A DNA stretch of 26,444 nt from a virus (Duplodnaviria > Caudoviricetes), in IMG/VR virus record IMGVR_UViG_3300020045_001405, positions 1 to 26,444 of that record; one strand, written 5' to 3'. Shown here one piece after another: positions 1 through 10,068 of the stretch. How positions within the stretch are numbered: position 1 is the first letter of the stretch; every line of letters starts with the position of its first letter. The position numbers and the translations under genes were made by a program. Below the pieces are notes generated by a model. It did no database searches and was not told where the DNA came from. It saw nothing but the letters and a program-made list of their open reading frames with translations.

Positions 1-1184
1 AATTGATTCTTACCCCAATCTTCTAAATACTTATTAATTAATTCTGCTTGTGTTTTCTTATCAGTTGAAGTATGTCCATAAAACTTTTCAGCTTTAGCTA
101 AAATAGTTTTTTGGTCAGCACTAAATGGTTTATTTAAATCCATTGCTGGTGCACCTTCTTTTTCATTTGGATAAAGATTTGCATATAATTCTTTAGTTAA
201 AGAAAAGTTTTTAAAGAATGTACCTGCTTTACTAGGAGCATCAGCTCTCATATTAGGGTCATACATTACATTAGTTGCTCCAACATTTACTGGTGTTGTT
301 AATTCTTCATCTTGAGCATCCATACCTTTTTTAGCAGCATATAAAGCTAATTCATCATCTCTATATTTTCTTTCAACATTAGTATTTTTATATTTACCTC
401 CACCAACTAATCCAGCTAATGCAGTTTCAAAAATTGCATTTGGGTCTTGTCCAAACACTAATCCTTCTGCTTTAATAGATTTCATTAAATTAGGGTCAGC
501 TAAAGCTCTTTGTTTAACAGAATTATAAATCTTCTCACCAGTTCTTTCTTCAATATTACCAGACATGTAACTTAACAAAGCTCTTTGAGCTTGTTCTTCA
601 CTTAATCCAGAATTAACTGACCTAGTATCTGAAAATACATCTTTTAAAACAGTACTCATCCATGGAGTTTTATCTTTGTACTCCCAATCTTCTGGAGTAA
701 TAATCTCTGTATTTAATGGCTTACCATAGTCATCAAACTTAATAGCTCTCTCAGGAGATAAATTAGCTTGTTTTAATTCTTGTAATCTATAAGCTTTTTT
801 AAAATCATTCTTATCTTTCTCAATTTCTTGTTGAGCTAAGTCATATCTTTTTTTCTTATCATCTCTTGCACCAAGTTCTCCAAAAGTATCAAAAGCACTT
901 CTTAATTCCATAGTACCCTTCATAGCTTTATCTCTATCAGTAGGGTCATTATAATTTAAGCTTCTTAGTTCTCCTAATCTTCCTTCTACTCTCTTTTTAG
1001 CTTCTACAGCTCCAGGAATATCATTTACAAGAGCATTTGTTTGCTTATTTAATCCTTCAATTTGAAGTTTATAAGCATCTTGTTTACCTTGCATGTTATC
1101 AAAGTACCCTTGTTGAAGTTCTAAGTTCTCAGGTACAAATTGACTAGTAAAATTTTGAGGTGTTGATTTATAATATCTAGCCAT
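1..1184 (-). CDS. Putative cargo/ejection protein, 3'-truncated by the window edge (phicrAss001 gp46-like position)
   Basis: Not in the ORF track because it runs off the edge. ATG at 1184 within TAATAATG directly after the upstream stop. Translates MARLYKSTPQNFTSQFVPENLELQQGYFDNMQGKQDAY..., and the same frame is open at the left edge (...DKKTQAELINKYLEDWGKNQ). Charged helical composition and position after the C1-like cargo gene. Confidence 0.75.
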   Translation of the reverse strand, partial: MARYYKSTPQNFTSQFVPENLELQQGYFDNMQGKQDAYKLQIEGLNKQTNALVNDIPGAVEAKKRVEGRLGELRSLNYNDPTDRDKAMKGTMELRSAFDTFGELGARDDKKKRYDLAQQEIEKDKNDFKKAYRLQELKQANLSPERAIKFDDYGKPLNTEIITPEDWEYKDKTPWMSTVLKDVFSDTRSVNSGLSEEQAQRALLSYMSGNIEERTGEKIYNSVKQRALADPNLMKSIKAEGLVFGQDPNAIFETALAGLVGGGKYKNTNVERKYRDDELALYAAKKGMDAQDEELTTPVNVGATNVMYDPNMRADAPSKAGTFFKNFSLTKELYANLYPNEKEGAPAMDLNKPFSADQKTILAKAEKFYGHTSTDKKTQAELINKYLEDWGKNQ

Positions 1185-1186
1185 TA

Positions 1187-3460
1187 TTATTGAATTTTAT
1201 AAGTTTTACCAGAAGTTTTGTGAGTATATCCAGTAATTTTTCCATCCTTATCTTTAATAGGAGAAAAATCAACTGAACCAATAAATTTTTTACTCTCTTC
1301 TTGAGAAATTCTATATTGTTTATCTCTTCCTGTACCTGCTAAAGCCTCACCAAATGAAGCCAATCCAGCTTGTAAAGTATTAGATGCTTGGTCTTTTTCT
1401 AATTGTCTAGCATCTTGTTCAGCTCTCTGAGTTTGTGCATTGAAATATTTACCTTGATTCTTAGCTTGTGCATTAAATTCATTAGCTCTACCTTTAATAG
1501 TAGAGTTAGTATTCAATTCATTTTCATAAGACTTAGCAATACTATCGGAAATAGTTTTATCTCTGCTTCCAGCATTAGCTGTCATTAAGCTTAAATATTG
1601 TGCAGGATTATTTACATTTCTTAATTGTTGTTGCACACCTCTGAATCCTTCTTTAATATCTCTTCTTTGCATATCTCTTGAAGGTTGATAATTAACTAAT
1701 TCAGGATTAACTGTTTCAGGTGTTACTCTTTCATAATTAACATCATCTCCACCTGCTAAACCTCTAGCAATATCATAAGCTCCTCCTAAGAAATTACCAG
1801 CATTATATATGTTATCAGGATTAAAATTGTTACCAAATTGTCTTCTAGATGAAGGTTCTTGAATCATAGAATCAACTTGTTTTAATTGCATTTGGTCAGG
1901 AAACTTTGTTGAACTATCCATACCAACTGGACTAAAATTCTGACCTTGAGCTTCTACTCCTCTAACATCTGATTCAAATTGTAATCTATCTCTTTCTTGT
2001 GGAGTCATATAAGGAGCATTTTGTTCTCCAAATAATCCACCACCTAATTCAAATGTAGGAACATCTGTATTAGTTTGATAAGGTTTAAATAAATTCACAT
2101 GTCTTGTTCCATAAACTTTAGGGTCTACGTTTTCAGTACCTTGTACATTTCTTCCAGGCATATTTGGAGTTTTAGCTCTATATGCTTGATATGCTTCAAA
2201 GTTATCATAATAATCTTGACCTTTACCACCTAAAATAGTATTAACTTCTTCAGGTGATAAATATTGATTTGTTATAGGTGCATCTGCAGCTAATTTATAT
2301 TTACTTCTTAATCCAGCATTTAATTGGTCTTGATAAGTTTTTAATTGTGGTACAATATTGGTACCAACCATTGATTTTACATCATTAGCTTCTTTAGGAT
2401 TTTGTGGATTAATAGTTTGATATTTATTTAATGTTTCATAATAATTTGGTGGAACAACTACAGTTCCTCCAGTACCACATACCTTTTTATTTAAATTACC
2501 ACCATAAGCTTTTTTATAAGCTTTTTCAACCATATTTTTTCTTAATGTTTCTTGAGCATTCATTAGATTATTTATTTCTAATTCTTTTTGTTCAGAAGAC
2601 ATTTTATCATTATCTCTTTTTGAATGCTTATTTTCAATCATTTTAGACATTTTAGCAAATGTATATTTCTTTCCAGGTACTTTTAATGTATCTGAATAAA
2701 TATAATCTTTAGATTGAGTATTAGGTAAACCTCTAGTTTCTCCACCTTCAACTAATGAATCCTGACCTACAGGAATTCCTCCTAAAGGAGATTCTGCATG
2801 AGAAGGACCCATATATTTAGTTAGATTACCACCCATTTCTAATTGTGTTTGATTATTAAGTTTTTGCCAAGCGGCATCTTGTGAATAATCTTTATTGTCA
2901 ACTACAATATTAGGATTTGCTAAAGCATATGCATCTCTTGCTTCTTTTTGAATAGCATCTGTATATCCTTTTCCTGTTAAATCTGTAAAACCTCCTTCAT
3001 AGGAAGCTCTTGTAGTTATTGCTTTAATAGGATTAAACATACCTCCAGCAATAGCACCTTGTTGAGCAGCTCTTTGATTTTTAAGGTTTCCCTTTTCATC
3101 CATTTGTTCAACATTAGTTCTAATAGGTTTACCTATCATTTCACCAGCTCCAATAATAGTACCTACCAATGGATTAATTGCACCTGCAGTACCAGCTACA
3201 GTTGCATCCATGGATTCTGATTTTTTTCTTATTGAAGAATTGTTATCCTGAAAAGTATCATATGAATTGGCTCCACCAGCAATTGCAGCACTTCCAATAG
3301 CAGCATATTGACCATAGTTATTAACTTGTGATTGTTCTTCTTCAGGAACATCCAATTCATTAGTAATGTTTGGATTACCCAAGTAGTTTAAACCATCTAA
3401 AACTTTTTTCTTAGTTTTAATTTTTCTGTTTGCTGAGTATTCTCTTGAGTATTTTGCCAT
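1187..3460 (-). CDS. Cargo protein C1-like (crAss gp45-like) internal virion/ejection protein
   Basis: Directly follows the muzzle gene. Contains a GPSHAESPLGGIPVG...VEGGET...IYSD motif, repeated xxGG motifs (LEMGG, AYGG, FELGG) and Gly/Ala hydrophobic segments. Start moved from the track's TTG (3490, inside the promoter -7 box) to ATG 3460 (MAKYSREY, A-rich leader). Confidence 0.75.
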   Translation of the reverse strand: MAKYSREYSANRKIKTKKKVLDGLNYLGNPNITNELDVPEEEQSQVNNYGQYAAIGSAAIAGGANSYDTFQDNNSSIRKKSESMDATVAGTAGAINPLVGTIIGAGEMIGKPIRTNVEQMDEKGNLKNQRAAQQGAIAGGMFNPIKAITTRASYEGGFTDLTGKGYTDAIQKEARDAYALANPNIVVDNKDYSQDAAWQKLNNQTQLEMGGNLTKYMGPSHAESPLGGIPVGQDSLVEGGETRGLPNTQSKDYIYSDTLKVPGKKYTFAKMSKMIENKHSKRDNDKMSSEQKELEINNLMNAQETLRKNMVEKAYKKAYGGNLNKKVCGTGGTVVVPPNYYETLNKYQTINPQNPKEANDVKSMVGTNIVPQLKTYQDQLNAGLRSKYKLAADAPITNQYLSPEEVNTILGGKGQDYYDNFEAYQAYRAKTPNMPGRNVQGTENVDPKVYGTRHVNLFKPYQTNTDVPTFELGGGLFGEQNAPYMTPQERDRLQFESDVRGVEAQGQNFSPVGMDSSTKFPDQMQLKQVDSMIQEPSSRRQFGNNFNPDNIYNAGNFLGGAYDIARGLAGGDDVNYERVTPETVNPELVNYQPSRDMQRRDIKEGFRGVQQQLRNVNNPAQYLSLMTANAGSRDKTISDSIAKSYENELNTNSTIKGRANEFNAQAKNQGKYFNAQTQRAEQDARQLEKDQASNTLQAGLASFGEALAGTGRDKQYRISQEESKKFIGSVDFSPIKDKDGKITGYTHKTSGKTYKIQ

Positions 3461-3484
3461 TTTTATAATTGATTTAATTATAAG

Positions 3485-3519
3485 GTACAAAGGTAATAAT
3501 TATTACGGTTATATCCTAA
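3485..3519 (-). promoter_or_regulatory. Bacteroidota sigma70-type promoter for the cargo genes
   Basis: Minus strand TTAGG-N19-TACCTTTGTAC matches the TAnnTTTG -7 box. It lies in the intergenic gap upstream of ATG 3460 and has the same layout as the element at 10013-10047. Confidence 0.75.
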
Positions 3520-3557
3520 TTTTTTTTATAATATTTTTAGTTATATAATTACTAGAA

Positions 3558-6500
3558 TTATCTAGGTGTATGCACTTTAAAGAAACTTATAACATTATGA
3601 AGTATAAATCTCTTGTTATTGTTATTTTGAAAACTTAATTTGATTCTTAAATATTTATCAACCATTCTTGCATATAATCCAGAACTTGTGTAAGCTGCTG
3701 ATTGTGAATGTCTTGGAACTAAGGTTCTCCAACTTCTGAAAAATCTTACAATATTATCCATTGCAGTTAATACAATATTACCAGAATTTTGATGGTCATT
3801 AGATACAGTTATACTATCAAATGTTTCATGAATTGGAGTAGCTCCACTATCAGTATCTATTAATGTATTACCATCTTGAACCTCACTTTGAATTAATAAA
3901 TTGTTAAAAATTTTGGTAAATTCAGGTTTTCCATTACTTGTAAATGTGACACTTGATTCCTTTAATGTTCCATAAAATTCTCCATAATTTCCAGCATTAT
4001 GTAAATATAATTCTTGTAAATTTGTAGGGTCAGTACTTATAAATACCCTATTGTTTGTTATATAATTCTTTGGATAATGGGTATAAAAAGCTGTAAAAAC
4101 TTTTAATTTTTCATTGTATACAAGAGTAAATGATGCTTGAATAGGGTCAGGTCTTTCACTTCCTATGGCTACACCACGTTCACCTCTACTCAATGTATAA
4201 ATTAATTCATTATTTACATAATCATAAACTCCATGGATACCATTTATACCAATAGTTGAATCATAATATACGGGTTTATCAATAATTTCTAAATTTCCAT
4301 AAATATTATTAATACACCATCCATGTAAACCTTTTAAATCACTTTCTGGAGTTAATGGTCTACCTTGACTAAATTGATAAATTTTATTATGTCTTGTATC
4401 TATAAAATATAAAGAATAAGCTGATTTAAGAAAACTAAATTGATGTGTACTACCAGTTTCTACAGAAACATATTCATGACTATCAATAACATTTCCTCTA
4501 CCAAGTTGAATTTCTTCACCTGTTGTACTTGTAATTGCAGTTTTAGGATTTACTAATAATCTACCAAATGCCTTATCTTGAATAAAATATACTTGGTCTT
4601 GTAATACAGATACACCATTAATAGCTCCATAACTTCCTTCAACATCCCAATAATTTAAAGTTTTAAATATACTCCAAGCATCAGTTAGTTCACCATTAAT
4701 TTTAATTTCAGAAATATAAAATCTATTTACAAATTCTGAACTTGCAATAAAAGGGTCTGGTTTTGGAAAAAATCTTACAATATCATTTTGACACGAATAA
4801 ACTTTGTTATAAAAGTAATCTGTTTCATCTAATGTTGGACCTAAATCATCCATTGAAATATTTGGATGTGAACCATGTCTTAATGTTCTATTTACAATTG
4901 AGCTTGATGGATATAAAAATAATAAAGAATTATGTCCTGCAGGATAATCACTCCAGTCAACACGTATTCTCTGTTCATCCATAATATCATTAGTTACATC
5001 TCCACCAAATATTAAAGATATATCATTATAATCTGTACTTTTATTTTTAACTGTTCTAAAATGTGAACATATAATATATTCATTATTTGCTCTATTTGTA
5101 TATGTATCTCCACCATATTGATTTAAAATAGGATTATATAAATACACAAGAAATTTTTGATTTCCAGTAGCCGTATTTGGAATAACAGAATTTAATTTAA
5201 TTGTATATGATGGATTACCTAATGCTGAAGCTCCGGGACTTGGAAATGCTAAATTTACAAATGTTTCACCATTTAAAATAATAGATTCATCCTCACCTGA
5301 TAAACCGGCATAATCAATATCTACTTCAAAATATGATACAGGTGTATGGTTGTACATTTTAAGCACTTTGTTTTTATTAACTGAAACAAAACCACCAACA
5401 ATATCAATATTTTGTAATGTATTTGAAGGACTTAAAATACTACTACATCTAAGTTTCATTCCAGAAGAAGGAATTGTTATACTAGAATCTAAAATACTTG
5501 GTGTAATATAAGATATTCTATCTTTTAAACTATTTGTTGTATCATAATCCATATTTCCAGCTGTCAAGAAATATGTTGTTGATGGTGTAAAACCACCTAT
5601 ATAAGTATTAGAAATGATTCCTTCAGAAATTACTTTTTTATCTGATTCTTCTCTTTTAACTCTAACAATAGAATATCCTTCTATTTGGTCAGTTAAGTCA
5701 GCTGGAATGTTAACATTTATTTTTAAACCTAACTGACAAACATAAGCTTCATTAGCTCCATGTGTACCAACAGTAGTTGTAAAAGATTTTCTATAATCTG
5801 TATAACCAGTTAAACTTCCATCTTCATATTGATGATTGGCTGCTGGACATGTATCAAATACATCTGGCATTTTAATATCTCCAATCCATTTAGTAAAATA
5901 TGGATTTTTAGACTTATCATAAAATACAATACCAATTCTATAAATTTCATTGTTTTGATAACCCCAATAAATACTATTCATTTGAGGATATTTCATACCA
6001 TCATTAATTGCTGATGGAAAAACAATTGGATATTCTTGCAATCCATCTGTTCCAGTTTTATCTGCAGAATAAACTCCGAGATTTAAATTTGATGTTGTAT
6101 AATCAGGATTTGTTGATACAATTGGTAATGGTTGAGGTGTAATTGGTTCAACAGTTTTATCAGCTGCTATTGCAACAGAAACAAATTCATATGATATATA
6201 TTTTCCTTCTCCTCCTAATGTTATTCCATCAGCTTTAAATTGTCCTAAAGCAGAATATAATGGGTCAGTTGTTTCTAAATTAAATGGTGCAATAGCATCA
6301 CTTGTTTCTGAAACATTATCATAATCTGCAGGAACTGTAATTCCATATGTTGTTGTAGTTGTACCTTTAATATCAATAATATCAAATACTCCTGCTGTTT
6401 TAAATCTATATGCTCTAGCATCAAAATCCAATTCTGCATTTGTTGAGTTATCAATATTACCAACTATTAATCTATTATCTTTTGTAGTAATTGTTTTAAC

Positions 6501-7817
6501 TTTTGTAAATACATTAGCTAATGTTAAATATTCTTCTAATGAAATTGATAATACATCATCAGATGTATAAATATCTCCATCAAATGTAATGTTTATACTA
6601 TCTTCAGTTATAGGACCTTCAAAAATTCTAGTAATTTTAGGAATTTCAGATTTATTTTCTCTAACTAAAATTACAGCTTCAATTCTTGAAAAATCTCTAT
6701 CTAAATTATCAATTTTCCAAACAATTCTTTTTGTTGTTGTTGTTCCTTTTATATCACCTCTATAATATTGCCAATTCAATCCAGCTGTTTGTAATTCCTC
6801 AGCTCCTAAATTTGTAGAAAGATTTGGAGTAACAAATATCATATTACTAGGTAAAGAATATGTTGTAGCTGAACCTGATACATTTGTTAATCTATAAGCT
6901 AATTGATAACAACCAATTGGTATTACTGCTGTTCCTGGAGCACTACCAATTTCTGTCATAATAGGAATACTAAAATCAGAAGATGGTTGTACATCTATTA
7001 AAGACACATCTAAAGCAAATACTTGTGGGTCTACTACATTTAAGGTTCTTAATTTATTAAAGAAATCAGTCCAATAAATTCTTTGAATATTTCTATTTTC
7101 ATATCTACCTAATATAGCAGATGGTGCAATAGCATTATATGTACTAAAATTTAAATAGTTATTATAAATTAAAGTTAATGGTGATGCTAAATTTGTAGCA
7201 TTATCAATATCTAATTTCCAAATTTGTCCTATTGATTCAGGGTCTCCCTGACCTGGAGAATCAGTTGTATTATTTGTTGTAAGTAAGTAAATATCATTGT
7301 TAATATATGTACTTCCTATAACTTCTAAATTGCTTTGAGCTGGAATAAAATTATCATCAATAGTTAAACCAAGTATTGGAGTTATAACTACTGGTAATAA
7401 ATCTAATGGATTTAAAAGTAAATACAAACTATTATAATAAACATTATATAATGAACCTAAAGCTGATGCAAAATTTGTATCATTAATTAAAAAATTATAT
7501 AAATGTTCTGGTGTACTTGATGCTGTTATTGTAAATCCTGTTGCACTTGTAATTGGAATACCATTGTGTGAAATAGTTATAAAAATTGTTCCTGGTACAG
7601 TTAAATCTAAACTAATTTTCTGTACTGTTCCAGTATCTGGAATAGTTGTTAATGCTAATAAACCTCTTATGTTTTCTAAAGCACCATCAGATAAACCTTT
7701 ATCTGTTGAAGGTCTAAAGTTTATAGCTTCATAATATATATTTGGTGGAATCTTGGTCTTTGCTAAGTCCTGATTCATACCTTGAAATTCATTTTTAAAT
7801 GCTTCTCCTGTTGCCAT
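3558..7817 (-). CDS. Muzzle / tail stabilisation protein (crAss gp44-like, P22 gp10-like)
   Basis: 1419 aa. N-terminal F.GMNQD...YYEA.N motif, IYWTD...LR.LN, KTITTKDNRL..GN, EIYRIGIVFYD...WIGDI, FGGD, D.WS.F...NY.DVEGSYG.IN. Beta-propeller-like composition and position downstream of the tubular ring gene, as in crAss-like phages. Confidence 0.85.
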   Translation of the reverse strand: MATGEAFKNEFQGMNQDLAKTKIPPNIYYEAINFRPSTDKGLSDGALENIRGLLALTTIPDTGTVQKISLDLTVPGTIFITISHNGIPITSATGFTITASSTPEHLYNFLINDTNFASALGSLYNVYYNSLYLLLNPLDLLPVVITPILGLTIDDNFIPAQSNLEVIGSTYINNDIYLLTTNNTTDSPGQGDPESIGQIWKLDIDNATNLASPLTLIYNNYLNFSTYNAIAPSAILGRYENRNIQRIYWTDFFNKLRTLNVVDPQVFALDVSLIDVQPSSDFSIPIMTEIGSAPGTAVIPIGCYQLAYRLTNVSGSATTYSLPSNMIFVTPNLSTNLGAEELQTAGLNWQYYRGDIKGTTTTKRIVWKIDNLDRDFSRIEAVILVRENKSEIPKITRIFEGPITEDSINITFDGDIYTSDDVLSISLEEYLTLANVFTKVKTITTKDNRLIVGNIDNSTNAELDFDARAYRFKTAGVFDIIDIKGTTTTTYGITVPADYDNVSETSDAIAPFNLETTDPLYSALGQFKADGITLGGEGKYISYEFVSVAIAADKTVEPITPQPLPIVSTNPDYTTSNLNLGVYSADKTGTDGLQEYPIVFPSAINDGMKYPQMNSIYWGYQNNEIYRIGIVFYDKSKNPYFTKWIGDIKMPDVFDTCPAANHQYEDGSLTGYTDYRKSFTTTVGTHGANEAYVCQLGLKINVNIPADLTDQIEGYSIVRVKREESDKKVISEGIISNTYIGGFTPSTTYFLTAGNMDYDTTNSLKDRISYITPSILDSSITIPSSGMKLRCSSILSPSNTLQNIDIVGGFVSVNKNKVLKMYNHTPVSYFEVDIDYAGLSGEDESIILNGETFVNLAFPSPGASALGNPSYTIKLNSVIPNTATGNQKFLVYLYNPILNQYGGDTYTNRANNEYIICSHFRTVKNKSTDYNDISLIFGGDVTNDIMDEQRIRVDWSDYPAGHNSLLFLYPSSSIVNRTLRHGSHPNISMDDLGPTLDETDYFYNKVYSCQNDIVRFFPKPDPFIASSEFVNRFYISEIKINGELTDAWSIFKTLNYWDVEGSYGAINGVSVLQDQVYFIQDKAFGRLLVNPKTAITSTTGEEIQLGRGNVIDSHEYVSVETGSTHQFSFLKSAYSLYFIDTRHNKIYQFSQGRPLTPESDLKGLHGWCINNIYGNLEIIDKPVYYDSTIGINGIHGVYDYVNNELIYTLSRGERGVAIGSERPDPIQASFTLVYNEKLKVFTAFYTHYPKNYITNNRVFISTDPTNLQELYLHNAGNYGEFYGTLKESSVTFTSNGKPEFTKIFNNLLIQSEVQDGNTLIDTDSGATPIHETFDSITVSNDHQNSGNIVLTAMDNIVRFFRSWRTLVPRHSQSAAYTSSGLYARMVDKYLRIKLSFQNNNNKRFILHNVISFFKVHTPR

Positions 7818-8653
7818 TATTTACTTGATAATTTTAAAAAGAATTCATCATGTGCATATTTTCTAGGAATCAATTTAATCTGATTCATTATGGCTTGCAT
7901 ACCATCATAATTAGGCATTCTTATTGCATTTCCTGCTGAACCAACATACCATAACCATTCTTTTTCAGAATAATCAAAATGTACTTTTTCAAGTTCTCCA
8001 CTTCTCCAAAGAATATAATCTACTTTCATACATATAAAAGCTTTTACAGCTTCTATATAACGTTGTAAATCTGGTATCAATGGAAATCCTTCTTTATCTA
8101 CTGGTAATCCTTTATATGCAATAAAAATATATCCTTCTTCAAAATTAGGAAATATAAAATTATCATTTAAAGTATATGTTGCATCATTAATTCTAGCTTT
8201 ATTACTTGTATCAGTTATTGATTCAGGCATACTCATATTGCCATTTTGAAAAGTATAAACAGGATTTCCTGATATATCTTGACCAATTGGAATAGTATTA
8301 TTTGTACCAGTAATATCTGTATCACCTAATAATTCAGAATTAATTTGTTCATCACAAGTGAATACAGGTTGAAATGTATTTGTACTAGTTGTCATTGGGA
8401 ATGGAATACATCCACCAAAAGAACCTGCCACTTGTGTAATATGGTCAACATCACAAGGTAACATTCCTCTATAATTTGAGATTGTAATACGAGCCTGTTT
8501 AGGTTGTAAAGCAAGAGGAGCACCAATTAGTCTAATAGCTTCTACAGACCATTCAAGTGCATCCATCCAAGGTAACTCATATGAGTATCTTTTATCTCTA
8601 AAACATTGTCTAATAATCTCTTGACAACTTACATATTTACCAGTAAAATTCAT
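7817..8653 (-). CDS. Tail tubular / ring protein (Ttub, R1-like)
   Basis: 278 aa with EW..EA..LIG, I.NYRG.LPCD, G.I.IAYKGLPVD.EGFPLIPD and W.WYVG.A motifs typical of the crAss tail tubular protein. Sits between the IHF-like gene and the muzzle. Confidence 0.85.
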   Translation of the reverse strand: MNFTGKYVSCQEIIRQCFRDKRYSYELPWMDALEWSVEAIRLIGAPLALQPKQARITISNYRGMLPCDVDHITQVAGSFGGCIPFPMTTSTNTFQPVFTCDEQINSELLGDTDITGTNNTIPIGQDISGNPVYTFQNGNMSMPESITDTSNKARINDATYTLNDNFIFPNFEEGYIFIAYKGLPVDKEGFPLIPDLQRYIEAVKAFICMKVDYILWRSGELEKVHFDYSEKEWLWYVGSAGNAIRMPNYDGMQAIMNQIKLIPRKYAHDEFFLKLSSK

Positions 8654-9261
8654 TATTTTATATTTTTTGTTCTATACAATTGTTCCATCTTATTTAATGG
8701 TTTTTCAAAGAATGTAAGTTTTTTATCTGGGTCTTTAAGAAATGCTCCTGGTTTTCTTTTTACACTTCTACATGCAAGAAATCCATATGCATTTAATCCG
8801 GTACATTTAGATACCTTTTTTGACCAATAATAAAACATTCTATTACCATTGGTATGTTCATTTGTATGAAATATTAATCTTTTATTTATTCTAGCATTTT
8901 CATCATTTAACCAAAGTTCATTGGTTTTTTTATAATCTACTGCAAGATTTTTAGTGTTTAATTCTCCTTTATAATCTAATCTGAATTTAACCTTTTTTTG
9001 AGCCATAGATAGTCTACCTAATCCAAATGGTATTTTAAATTCAAAATTTTCTAGAATAATCATATTAATAATTCCATCATTAATATCTTTTAATATGTCT
9101 GAATACTCTTTTGAACTTAATTTATATGAACCTAATGTAGTTCCACCAGATATTGATTCTATTGGTTTTATTTGTGATAAATAAAAATTATATAAATCTT
9201 TGGTAACTATATCAGCTTTCTTTTTCCCAGCTCCTCTTTTTGGTATTTTATAATCTGTCAT
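8653..9261 (-). CDS. HU/IHF-like DNA-binding protein (crAss gene 53-like)
   Basis: Basic 202 aa protein. FKIPFGLGRLS resembles the HU/IHF signature, followed by VDYKKT.ELW and HTNG...W.K. Conserved position before Ttub. Confidence 0.8.
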   Translation of the reverse strand: MTDYKIPKRGAGKKKADIVTKDLYNFYLSQIKPIESISGGTTLGSYKLSSKEYSDILKDINDGIINMIILENFEFKIPFGLGRLSMAQKKVKFRLDYKGELNTKNLAVDYKKTNELWLNDENARINKRLIFHTNEHTNGNRMFYYWSKKVSKCTGLNAYGFLACRSVKRKPGAFLKDPDKKLTFFEKPLNKMEQLYRTKNIK

Positions 9262-9977
9262 TAACTTCCTTTTGTTACAGTTGTTTCAGTATTTGTTTTT
9301 CCATCATTTGAATTATCAATAGGAGCTTGTGATTGTGGTTGAACAAACTTTTTAATAACCATTTCAATTAATGTTGGTATCATTGAATCTGGAATTGGAT
9401 ATTGTGAATCATCAGAAAAACAACTTGCTCCAGTTGAACATTGAATAAAATCTACTAAATCTTCAGGATTTTCAAATGCTCCATGACCATGTATTACTTC
9501 TAATCCCATGTTAAGATAGTCATTTTCATCCATCAATAAATATATATAATTTTCATTTGAACCCCAAAACCACTTAATAAAATGTCTTGTATATTTATTA
9601 GAACCTTCAAATGGAACTCTTTCAAATTCAATATATTGATAAGGTCTTTCAGTAATATCTACTGGTCCAATTCTAGTTAATAAACTAGTCTCACCATCAA
9701 TAGGTTTAGGTATAGGTACACTTGTTCTTAGTATAATACAACCTGTTGGAAATGCACAGCATTCACTTTTATCAGCTTCTACTAAACTCAGACAACCCAA
9801 ACTTTGAAACCATGCATTACCTAAAACTCCATTTTTTTGAATGGTTTGTCTAGCTAATTGTGCTCTTACATTCTTGATATGAAACTTAACTAATTCTTCA
9901 GTCAAATCTGTATTTGTCTGATTTAGAGGTCTTACTGTATCAAGAACAGAGAAAATTATTTCATTTAATGTTGACAT
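9261..9977 (-). CDS. Tail ring protein (R2/gp40-like)
   Basis: 238 aa. MSTLNEII, Q.LGCL.L, LRT..PIP, FENPED, D..YPI....IP.LIE.V, D.SND motifs and synteny with the IHF/Ttub genes. Confidence 0.75.
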   Translation of the reverse strand: MSTLNEIIFSVLDTVRPLNQTNTDLTEELVKFHIKNVRAQLARQTIQKNGVLGNAWFQSLGCLSLVEADKSECCAFPTGCIILRTSVPIPKPIDGETSLLTRIGPVDITERPYQYIEFERVPFEGSNKYTRHFIKWFWGSNENYIYLLMDENDYLNMGLEVIHGHGAFENPEDLVDFIQCSTGASCFSDDSQYPIPDSMIPTLIEMVIKKFVQPQSQAPIDNSNDGKTNTETTVTKGS

Positions 9978-9993
9978 TTTTCTTTAAAATTAA

Positions 9994-10025
9994 AATATCT
10001 TTGTACTTTAGGGTACAAAGATATT
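9994..10025. terminator. Perfect 13-bp inverted repeat, likely intrinsic terminator of the lysis genes, overlapping a promoter
   Basis: AATATCTTTGTAC-TTTAGG-GTACAAAGATATT. On the minus strand the stem ends in TT and is followed by TTAATTTT. Lies about 45 nt downstream of the spanin-like gene stop. Confidence 0.6.
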
Positions 10026-10047
10026 CATAAATTATTAGATAACCTAA
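10013..10047 (-). promoter_or_regulatory. Bacteroidota sigma70-type promoter for ring/IHF/Ttub/muzzle genes
   Basis: Minus strand TTAGG-N19-TATCTTTGTAC. Same -33 pentamer, spacing and flank as the promoter at 3485-3519. Confidence 0.75.
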
Positions 10048-10068
10048 TTAATTATATAATATTTGCAA

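Noticed and set aside
3461-3490. Track start of the 767-aa ORF (TTG at 3490)
   Set aside because: It lies inside the promoter -7 box. ATG 3460 with an A-rich leader is more plausible.
9215-9232. A-rich GGG AAA AAG run near the start of the IHF-like gene as a frameshift site
   Set aside because: It is not an in-frame X XXY YYZ heptamer, no stimulatory structure is evident, and Lys-rich coding explains it.
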